A stretch of DNA of 64,000 nt from Deltaproteobacteria bacterium (GTDB taxonomy: Bacteria; Myxococcota_A; Polyangia; HGW-17): contig JAFGWM010000085.1 in assembly GCA_016937155.1 (NCBI GenBank), forward strand, positions 11,733 to 75,732, given 5' to 3'. The notes under the pieces were generated by a model, which was given only the letters and a program-made list of their open reading frames with translations, had not been told where the DNA came from and did no database searches. The position numbers and the translations under genes are program-made. Within the stretch, counting starts at the first letter, position 1. Each line of letters starts with the position of its first letter. Of the stretch, positions 9,868 through 18,112 are shown piece after piece.

Positions 9868-11622
9868 CTACATCTCTGATACGGTTATATCATCAATATA
9901 CCATCCGGAATATTCGGTATATGAGTCTGACATGAAACCAAAACGTATCACAATGGAAGAGCCAATATAATCTGAAAGATCAACGGTATAGAGCTCCCAC
10001 GTGGTTTTGGTCCCCGTCCAGCCTTCGGTATCATCATAGGGAACAGACAAAGCTGAAGAGTCAACATCATCAAAGGAAACTCCACCATCAAGACTTATCT
10101 GCACTTTTCCACCATCAAAACCTGATTCTGCATATATCCAGCTGTAAAAAGAAAGATATGGTGCTACAGCTCCTGTCAAATCGATCTCAGGAAGAATCAC
10201 ATTCGTTCCGGAATAAGAAGTACTGCTTGAGTAATAACCGCTCAGGTTTGTCCCTGCACAGTAAGGTGGAGAATAACATTCAGCAGGACCGGAGGAAGGA
10301 GTTCCGATTTGAAAGTCTCCGTTTATATCCCAGCCATCGGGGGTCGAGTCTTCAACAAATATACTATACAGATAAAACATAAAACCACTGCATCCGGAAA
10401 TATCAACAGTGCAGTCCTCCGAACAACCAAGGGAGCCTGATTCAAACCCAAATGTCTCGCAGGTTTTACCCTTAAAGTCTCCCGTATCACACTGCTCACT
10501 GCACTCAGCTACAGAATTACCACATAAAGGACCAGAGCCAGTGCATGCAGCGAAGTTCAGTGTGCAATAACTTGTACATGAAATTACACCACCATCATAA
10601 CAGTTGTTTTCACAGGTGTTCCCATTAAGCACACTGCCATCACATTCTTCACCAAAATCGATAACCCCATTGCCACACCCCGGGCAGCAGTCAAATGGAG
10701 AATTCTGACAATTTTCCCCTTTATCGCTTTCGCAGTTCTGATCGTTAAGTTCATATTCTCTTTCACATGATGAACTGCAGCCATCTCCATCCTCAGTGTT
10801 AGAATCATCACAGTCTTCCCCGGTTTCCCAGATTCCATTTCCACAAATGCTTACGCCATCCTCATCATGACAACCACTTCCACATCCGTCAAAACGATCG
10901 TTGTTCCCGTCATCACACTCCTCATCATCATCCAGAAAACCATCACCGCAATTGGGACAGCAGTCTTTCTGACAGACTTCACAGGATTCACCATTTTCTG
11001 TGTCACATTCCAGATCGCCACAGACGAATTCAACTCTGCAGTTTTCATCACAGCCATCGCCCTTGATTCTGTTCCCATCATCACAAAGCTCCAGTGGAGC
11101 ATCAATAATGCCGTCACCACATCCAGATTCCACTTTACATTCAGAAGAACAGCCATCTCCAGATTCAGAATTACCGTCATCACAGTCTTCCGGAAATTCT
11201 AAAATTCCATTACCGCATGATATCGCCTGTTCAACTTTGCATTCAGAAGAGCAGCCATCTCCGGAAACAATATTATCGTCATCACATTCCTCAATCAAAA
11301 GACCTCCGTTTTCTCCAAAGGTGAAATCAATCACACCATTTCCACACCCTGTTTCAACGAGACATATTGAGTTACATCCGTCGTTGCTTCCAACATTACC
11401 GTCATCACATTCTTCATTTCCTTCGAGAATACCATTTCCGCAGTATTCCAGCAGTTTACAGTCATCGGTACAGATACCTGTATACATAGGAATAAGAGGA
11501 TCACATTCCTCACCTTCGTCCTGCTCACCGTTTCCGCATTTTCCTGAAGATGAATCATCACACATTGAGAAAAAAGGAAATAAGGTTATTAAAAATACAG
11601 TGACAAATAATTTTTTTACCAT
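9868..11622 (-). CDS. secreted protein with ~8 Myxococcus-type cysteine-rich repeats and C-terminal beta-sandwich (lectin/MAM-like) domain
   Basis: Signal peptide; repeated CGNG(I/V)xExxEECDDGNxxxxDGCSSxCxVE units; C-terminal region ends ...GWYIDDITVSEM. GAGG RBS. Confidence 0.8.
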   Translation of the reverse strand: MVKKLFVTVFLITLFPFFSMCDDSSSGKCGNGEQDEGEECDPLIPMYTGICTDDCKLLEYCGNGILEGNEECDDGNVGSNDGCNSICLVETGCGNGVIDFTFGENGGLLIEECDDDNIVSGDGCSSECKVEQAISCGNGILEFPEDCDDGNSESGDGCSSECKVESGCGDGIIDAPLELCDDGNRIKGDGCDENCRVEFVCGDLECDTENGESCEVCQKDCCPNCGDGFLDDDEECDDGNNDRFDGCGSGCHDEDGVSICGNGIWETGEDCDDSNTEDGDGCSSSCEREYELNDQNCESDKGENCQNSPFDCCPGCGNGVIDFGEECDGSVLNGNTCENNCYDGGVISCTSYCTLNFAACTGSGPLCGNSVAECSEQCDTGDFKGKTCETFGFESGSLGCSEDCTVDISGCSGFMFYLYSIFVEDSTPDGWDINGDFQIGTPSSGPAECYSPPYCAGTNLSGYYSSSTSYSGTNVILPEIDLTGAVAPYLSFYSWIYAESGFDGGKVQISLDGGVSFDDVDSSALSVPYDDTEGWTGTKTTWELYTVDLSDYIGSSIVIRFGFMSDSYTEYSGWYIDDITVSEM

Positions 11623-11649
11623 AAAAACCTCATATTCTAATCAATAAGT

Positions 11650-13149
11650 CTAAAAATTATCAGGGACACGGCATCTGACAGCGTTCCTGTCCTGTTCAAT
11701 TATTTTCAGATAATCATCTGTAATCTCCACGGGGTAATTACCATCAAAACATGCCATACAGTGATTTTCACTGAATATTTCAAATAATGCATCTCTCGAT
11801 AGAAATGTCAGTGAATCAACTCCAAGAAATTCAGCTAGGGCGTTTTCAAGTTTTTCCAAATCACCTTTTTCAGGCCACTGTGATATTATCCCCAGATTTT
11901 CCAAAAAGTTGCATGCAATCAGTTCTTTTTTTAAAGACATGTCAATTCCGTAATAGCATGGGTTCACCACCGGAGGAGAGTAAATACCAAGGTGCACACT
12001 GGCAGGATTTTTTGTTCTGAGCACCTGGGTTATTCTTTTCAGAGTATTTCCCCGGACAATACTATCGTCAATAAGCATCACATTTTTGCCAGTAATTTCT
12101 GTATCTATTGGATTTAATTTCAGTTTCAGGGCTTTCATTCTTGAATCCTGATCAGGCATAATAAAAGTTCTCGGACTGTACCTGTTTTTTATGAACCCTT
12201 CCCTGTGAACCACGCCAACGGTTTCACTAAAAGCTATAGCACTTGGCCTGGATGTATCAGGAACAGGAATCACGACATCAATCTCCTCACTGGAGTGTTT
12301 CTGAAGCCACTGCTTTGCCAGTGCTTTTCCGAGATCAAGTCTTGTATGATATACGCTGAGATTATCCATATGGGAATCAGGTCTGGCAAAATAAATATGT
12401 TCAAAAACACAGTGGCGGGCACTTTTCTTTTTAATGCTCACATGAACCGGCTCTCTTCCCGGAGTGAAAAATATCACCTCACCTGGTTCAACATACCCTT
12501 CAAGATGGAAATCCAGAACATCAAGACAGACACTTTCACTGGCTGCAATCCAGGAGTCACCCTTTCTCCCGTAACATGCAGGACGAATTGCTGAGGGGTC
12601 TCTACCAAGAAACATTGTATCGACACCGTCAATATTCATAATTCCAACTATTGAAAATGCACCTTTCACTATATCATATGTTATTCTGAGTGCCTTAATT
12701 ACATCATCAATGTTGTAATTTGATTTTGTTTCAACGGTAACAGCACTTGCAAGTACATGTAGCACAGGCTCTACATCACATCTTGAGGATAAATAAATAG
12801 ATCTTTCCAGCAGATATTTTTTTATCTCTTCAAAATTTATAATATTTCCATTGTGAGCAATAATAATTCCTGGTCTACGGCTATAAAACGGCTGAGTATC
12901 CTCTCTGCTTCCAGTTCCAGCTGTAGGATATCTGACATGCCCAACGGCACATGTACCTTCAAGTCTCTGTAACTCGGATTGAGAAAATACCTGATGAACA
13001 AGTCCCAGGTCCTTACTTATTCGGAAATGATTACCTTTTTTGGTTGCAATACCGGCACTGTCCTGACCTCTGTGCTGTATACTCTGTAACGCAGTATATA
13101 CTTCGTGGGATGCATTCTGAACTCCTATAAGACCGACAAATCCGCACAT
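11650..13149 (-). CDS. purF: amidophosphoribosyltransferase
   Basis: MCGFVGLIG N-terminal nucleophile Cys, GATase-II and PRTase (DDSIVRGNT) motifs. AGGAGG RBS. Confidence 0.92.
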   Translation of the reverse strand: MCGFVGLIGVQNASHEVYTALQSIQHRGQDSAGIATKKGNHFRISKDLGLVHQVFSQSELQRLEGTCAVGHVRYPTAGTGSREDTQPFYSRRPGIIIAHNGNIINFEEIKKYLLERSIYLSSRCDVEPVLHVLASAVTVETKSNYNIDDVIKALRITYDIVKGAFSIVGIMNIDGVDTMFLGRDPSAIRPACYGRKGDSWIAASESVCLDVLDFHLEGYVEPGEVIFFTPGREPVHVSIKKKSARHCVFEHIYFARPDSHMDNLSVYHTRLDLGKALAKQWLQKHSSEEIDVVIPVPDTSRPSAIAFSETVGVVHREGFIKNRYSPRTFIMPDQDSRMKALKLKLNPIDTEITGKNVMLIDDSIVRGNTLKRITQVLRTKNPASVHLGIYSPPVVNPCYYGIDMSLKKELIACNFLENLGIISQWPEKGDLEKLENALAEFLGVDSLTFLSRDALFEIFSENHCMACFDGNYPVEITDDYLKIIEQDRNAVRCRVPDNF

Positions 13150-13281
13150 GAAAAACCTCCTGCGGTTACTGCCATAAACATGTAATACACCGTAAAAAAA
13201 TTAGCAACCCATAGTGCGCGGTGAAAACTGATGAATTTAAATAAAATAACATATGGAACCTGAATACTCTTTATGTATCAT

Positions 13282-15576
13282 TTAATTTTCTTTTAAATCC
13301 ATATTAAATTCAGCAATTTTCTTCATCTTCAGAAGACGTCTTTTGACTTTTCCATCACTTTCAGAATTAAATTCACTAACAAATTTTTTTATATTACCAG
13401 CAAGATACAGAGACTTTAAATACCTCACCCGATATTCTGTTTTAAAACTTTCGTCTGGTAGCTTGGAGATATCGACCAGAGCAAAAGCACCAGCTGCATA
13501 CTCAAATTTATCCTGATAGAGCATCATGCTACCTGTCATATAGTGAAACAGAGGCCACTTGCCATCATATTTTAAAATAAGAGGCATCGTTTCTTTTTTA
13601 TCAGGTGATACATCAAATAAATAATTACTGAGCTTTATAATTTCTAAATTATTAAGGCTGAGTAAGGACTTAAGCATAATTATCTGACGCTTTAAATTTA
13701 AGGGTATATCCGATTCATCAGTTTTTCCTGATATTTCACGGGCTTTTTCGTATAAACCATCCTTCAGATAGGATTGAATCTCCAGTATCCTTAATGAGGT
13801 AAGATACTCTCTTCTTCCCAGGGAAGACATGGAGGAAGACTGTAACCGAGCATTTCTCAACATTGAATTCACCAGAAAAGTATAATTAAGATCCTGAGCT
13901 GTTTTAATAAAAGAAATATGTATATCAGAATTTTCAGGATCATAAACCATAGCTGAGGCAATGTGATTCAAAGCACTTCTGGCGTTGCCATTTGCAGCAC
14001 AAACCGAAGCCTTTTCCATTTCTCTGGCGACCTGATGGACACACCTTATCTGATGAACACTTCTTGCTGACATTGCTTTTCTGAAATCAACAACAGTTTG
14101 TGGATCCACTTCGATTTTATCCAGAAATTCATTAAACAGTTTTTCTGCATCCTCCAGTTCCATTTTGAAGATAGCTTTGAAGTTGTCACCGGCATGCCAT
14201 CTGAATACCGCTTTTGGACCAAATTTTGTATATAGAAACCGTATAAAGGATCCAGCCACAGTGTAAGCGATCTGAGAAGGCAATGCATAAAAATTGCCTG
14301 TAAATACTCTTGATATATTTGCATTTAAACCCAGTATCTTTAATATCTTAAGCTTTTCCCATGGGTTAATTTCTGTTTCATCAAAAGCTGCTGCCACTGC
14401 AATTCCCTCAATCATAGGAATATCTGGAATTGCCACAAATGGCATATATTTTAGGGGTTTTGTCGCTACCTTAAAGAATGAGTCAGTGTAGTATCCAGCC
14501 AGAACGTGAGCCATTTCATGCCTCATGCTTCGATGAGGTATACTGTCCGCAGTAATATAAATTTCTTTCAAATGGGGTTTGGCCACCTCAACATTTCTAG
14601 CTCCAAATAATTTTCTTTTCTGATCTCTGTTTTTAAAAATAAAAACTTTCAGAGGAGTTTTATTTCTTAGTCTGAACCAGTTGTGCAGGGTTTCGTAATC
14701 ATATACAGCCTGTCTATACAGGAATTCAATTTTCCATTCGGGGATATCAGTTGAATAAACCACAGTCAGGGAATTTTTCTTTTTCTTACCCCCCAGAATT
14801 TCTTCAATACAATCCCTTGTATATCTGTATCCAAGTTTATGGGATAAAATTGAACTCCCTGAAAAAACCACAAGGCTGGCAAGAAAAACCACTAAAATGA
14901 CATTTCTGTTGGTTTTAAAATACAGTTTCTTAAAAAATATCACCCCGTGAAATACAGCAGAAGCCAGAAACAAATCGGAGATTCTTGAATAATAAAATGG
15001 AGATTTAATTTCAATGAGTTGATCATAAAATGCGCCACTAAAAAACCCATAAAACTGACCGTAAAAAAATATTGGGGGCTGAGTGAAAAAACGAAAAATA
15101 TCCATCCCTATAAAAGCAAAGAAAATTGCAGCAATTGAAAGCAGTACATAACGTGTTTTTTTGAAAATAAGAGAAATGGAATATCCCAGTATAAAGGAAA
15201 ACATGGTGCTTAAGACCACATACATGAAAAAAAACTGTAAACCACTGCAAATCGCACACTGAGAAGAAATAATAGAACTAAAAAGCATTATCAGAAATGC
15301 TGGAACTGTGAATAAACCTGAAAGAATCATCAGTGGTAGCAGCATTCCTTCCTTTCCTTCAGATTCACGTGTAATACGGTGAATAACAGTTCCGGAAACC
15401 AGAAGACCTGTGATGCTGTGGATAATTGCCAGAACAAACGAACTTTCGTAATCCATCAGATTAAAAAGAGGAACTCTCGTATTAAGTAGAGCAACCACGA
15501 TATTAACTACCAGAGCAACCCAGACTGTACGATTCTTAAAAAACTTACTTATAAGGGAAAAAGTCAGAACATCCAT
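13282..15576 (-). CDS. polytopic membrane protein with cytoplasmic/periplasmic HExxH (HEMAH) domain
   Basis: About 8-9 N-terminal TM helices followed by a ~450-aa soluble region containing HEMAH; no family assigned. Confidence 0.55.
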   Translation of the reverse strand: MDVLTFSLISKFFKNRTVWVALVVNIVVALLNTRVPLFNLMDYESSFVLAIIHSITGLLVSGTVIHRITRESEGKEGMLLPLMILSGLFTVPAFLIMLFSSIISSQCAICSGLQFFFMYVVLSTMFSFILGYSISLIFKKTRYVLLSIAAIFFAFIGMDIFRFFTQPPIFFYGQFYGFFSGAFYDQLIEIKSPFYYSRISDLFLASAVFHGVIFFKKLYFKTNRNVILVVFLASLVVFSGSSILSHKLGYRYTRDCIEEILGGKKKKNSLTVVYSTDIPEWKIEFLYRQAVYDYETLHNWFRLRNKTPLKVFIFKNRDQKRKLFGARNVEVAKPHLKEIYITADSIPHRSMRHEMAHVLAGYYTDSFFKVATKPLKYMPFVAIPDIPMIEGIAVAAAFDETEINPWEKLKILKILGLNANISRVFTGNFYALPSQIAYTVAGSFIRFLYTKFGPKAVFRWHAGDNFKAIFKMELEDAEKLFNEFLDKIEVDPQTVVDFRKAMSARSVHQIRCVHQVAREMEKASVCAANGNARSALNHIASAMVYDPENSDIHISFIKTAQDLNYTFLVNSMLRNARLQSSSMSSLGRREYLTSLRILEIQSYLKDGLYEKAREISGKTDESDIPLNLKRQIIMLKSLLSLNNLEIIKLSNYLFDVSPDKKETMPLILKYDGKWPLFHYMTGSMMLYQDKFEYAAGAFALVDISKLPDESFKTEYRVRYLKSLYLAGNIKKFVSEFNSESDGKVKRRLLKMKKIAEFNMDLKEN

Positions 15577-15611
15577 AATTGGAAATTATAACTCAGGATG
15601 CTGAGGCTTGT

Positions 15612-16985
15612 CTATTCAACTGTGGATGCAAATGATAAAAGATGGGCTGTTGTAAGAATACCTTTGTAATAATTATCAAGGTGATACTTTTCATTTGGAC
15701 TGTGAATATTGTCATTGGGTAATCCATAACCAAGTAAAAGAACAGGAGCTTTCAAAGAACTCTGGAACGTCCCCACAATTGGAATACTTCCCCCTTCACG
15801 GATGAATACCGGATACTTTCCGAAACCTGCCTCCATCGCATTAGCCCCGGCTTTCATCATGGCACCGTTGCGTGGCACCATAACACTCTGAGCATTATGA
15901 AGATTTTCAACCTCAATATCCAGACCTGGAGGGCAGATACTTTTTACGTAACTTATAAATGATGAAGCTATTTTATCCGGATCCTGATTAGGAACCAGCC
16001 TCATGCTCACTTTTGCTGTAGCAGTGGAAGGAATAATAGTCTTTGCCCCCTCCCCTGTATAACCACTGAAAATACCGTTTACATCGCAGGTTGGTCTGGC
16101 CCACATTCTTTCCAGTGTGGTATACCCTTTTTCCCCAAAAGGTCCTGGGGATCCGGTATCCGCCCTGAGTGTATCTTCGGTGTAATTAAGGGATTTAAAT
16201 GAAGCCCTTTCATCCTCCTCAAGTTCAATCACATCATCATAAAACCCTGGAATAAGAACTCTGCTGTTTGTATCCTTAAGATTTGCCACTATCTCACATA
16301 TGGCATTGCCCGGGTTCTGAACTGTTCCGCCATAGCTTCCACTATGCAAATCCTGGGAAGGTCCTTTTACGCGGATTTCCATAAAAGCAAGACCTTTCAG
16401 ACTGTAACATATTGCAGGTGTATCTTCATTATACAGACTTGTATCGCTGACTATGACTGCATCACATTTCAGTTTATCAGGATTGTTTTCAGTATATTCG
16501 TATATTGTGTGGCCTCCACACTCTTCCTCACCTTCAAAAATCATTTTGATATTAACAGGAATTGGAGTACCTGTTTTAACATAGGCTTCCACAGCTTTCA
16601 GGTGACTATACAGCTGCCCTTTATCATCACTTGACCCACGAGCATAAATAATTCCATCCTTTATCAGAGGATTAAATGGCTCACTATTCCACAGTTCCAG
16701 AGGATCCGTGGGTTGAACATCATAATGGCCATAAAAAAGTAGTGTTTTCCTGTTTTCAAGTTGCTCAGTTTCTGCATAAACAAGGGGATTTCCTTCAGTT
16801 CTGATGATTTCAGTCTTCAGGTTCAAAGAACTGAGCTCACTTTCAAGAAACAATGCAGCTTTTTCTATATCATCATGATGTGAAGCGATTGCACTGATTG
16901 ATGGAATTTTTAAAAATTCCACAAGATCATCAAGATGCTTATCCTGATTTGATGACAGATAATCAATTACTTTTTGTGAAGTCAT
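15612..16985 (-). CDS. M20-family dipeptidase (PepV/Sapep-like)
   Basis: YGHYDVQP, GSSDDKGQ, EGEEE motifs. The likely start is MTSQKV at 16985, with an AAAGG RBS directly after the upstream gene stop; the track start 17021 overlaps the upstream gene. Confidence 0.85.
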   Translation of the reverse strand: MTSQKVIDYLSSNQDKHLDDLVEFLKIPSISAIASHHDDIEKAALFLESELSSLNLKTEIIRTEGNPLVYAETEQLENRKTLLFYGHYDVQPTDPLELWNSEPFNPLIKDGIIYARGSSDDKGQLYSHLKAVEAYVKTGTPIPVNIKMIFEGEEECGGHTIYEYTENNPDKLKCDAVIVSDTSLYNEDTPAICYSLKGLAFMEIRVKGPSQDLHSGSYGGTVQNPGNAICEIVANLKDTNSRVLIPGFYDDVIELEEDERASFKSLNYTEDTLRADTGSPGPFGEKGYTTLERMWARPTCDVNGIFSGYTGEGAKTIIPSTATAKVSMRLVPNQDPDKIASSFISYVKSICPPGLDIEVENLHNAQSVMVPRNGAMMKAGANAMEAGFGKYPVFIREGGSIPIVGTFQSSLKAPVLLLGYGLPNDNIHSPNEKYHLDNYYKGILTTAHLLSFASTVE

Positions 16986-16995
16986 TATTAAACCT

Positions 16996-17772
16996 TTACT
17001 CCCTTCTGTCTTTCTGCTCAATTACCTCTCTGGCACCTTCGATGCTGCTGATTAATGCATCTCTTACTTTTGATACACTTTCTCCACTTATGGATGCAGC
17101 AGTTTCCAGAGCCATATTAACCGTTGCAGTAAGAGTACGGGAAACACTTCCACCCATTTCCTCCACAGCTCCCAAAGCTCCCTGCACAGCACCAACTGCA
17201 ACCTTACCAACATCCTCACCGCTGTCACTTGCAGCTTTTATGGCAGTTGAAATAGCATTTTCCAGCGATTGAGTTATTTCCACACTGGTTCCAGTAAGTC
17301 CCGCCACTATGTTTCGGATAGTCTCATTAACAGTCAGTGCAACATCTCCACCAATTGATGCTGTGGATTTAACAACACCAATGATGATATTGTTGATTGC
17401 TTTGTCTAAATCCGCTCTGACTTCTTCTAGTCCAGTAATAACTCCCCTTACTGTTGCACCAAGAGCTTTAATAGTCCCCTGAGTCATAGTCTGAGCACTG
17501 CTGATTGTACCGTTTAAACTGGTTATTGTTCCATTTACAAGATTGGTTGCAGTGTTTATCGTATCTCCGCCAATATCATTAACCATCTTGATTGAAGACT
17601 GAGCAACACTGGAAGTTGCAATACTCATTTCATCAGCTATATTACGGATATCACGAATAGCAGTGATAATTCTATCCTTCAGAGTTGTCATGACGGTTCC
17701 CGCCATTTCATCCATATCCTGAATTATTTTAATAACCGTATCTTTTAAATTCCCGGACAACCAGTTAAGCAT
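16996..17772 (-). CDS. low-complexity Ala/Thr/Gly/Ile/Ser-rich helical repeat protein (hypothetical)
   Basis: 258-aa ORF; only one aromatic residue and no Pro; periodic hydrophobic pattern. Tightly coupled to the M20 peptidase start. Confidence 0.45.
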   Translation of the reverse strand: MLNWLSGNLKDTVIKIIQDMDEMAGTVMTTLKDRIITAIRDIRNIADEMSIATSSVAQSSIKMVNDIGGDTINTATNLVNGTITSLNGTISSAQTMTQGTIKALGATVRGVITGLEEVRADLDKAINNIIIGVVKSTASIGGDVALTVNETIRNIVAGLTGTSVEITQSLENAISTAIKAASDSGEDVGKVAVGAVQGALGAVEEMGGSVSRTLTATVNMALETAASISGESVSKVRDALISSIEGAREVIEQKDRRE

Positions 17773-18112
17773 TTTTTCCTCCTAAAGTTCAGTGCCCAAA
17801 GCACAAATATTAATTATTGATGCATCACGTCAATACTCTATCGGCTGAAAAAACAATGTCAAATTGTATGTTTGAAACTCATAAATATCTGCACAAAATT
17901 TATAATGTTTTTCATTTAAACTTGCATAAAAAAAGATAAATTTCCCTTGCTTTACATTTTTAATCAAATAAAACCGAAGCATCAGAAAATTTTTGGAAAT
18001 GGTTTTCGATGACAAAAAGTAGTGACATGTTGCTTTGTCTATCGTATTGGTACTGCTGATTTTAATAATTCAGGCAATTCGGGTAAATTTAAAACCTGAG
18101 TGGAGAAATTAA

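Noticed and set aside
11000-11647. 215-aa Ser/Pro-rich ORF on the plus strand, plus other ORFs at 10584-11202 on both strands
   Set aside because: They lie entirely inside the minus-strand Cys-rich repeat gene. They are antisense/alternate-frame artefacts of its strongly periodic codon composition (Cys/Asp/Gly codons read as Ser/Pro/Thr on the other strand).
13150-13281. Riboswitch or leader upstream of purF
   Set aside because: No recognisable purine-riboswitch core or conserved stems; only an AGGAGG SD and AT-rich sequence.
17830-18015. 61-aa ORF in the 340-bp AT-rich divergent intergenic region
   Set aside because: No RBS, AT-rich low-complexity translation; the region is more plausibly divergent promoters for the 17772 and 18113 genes.
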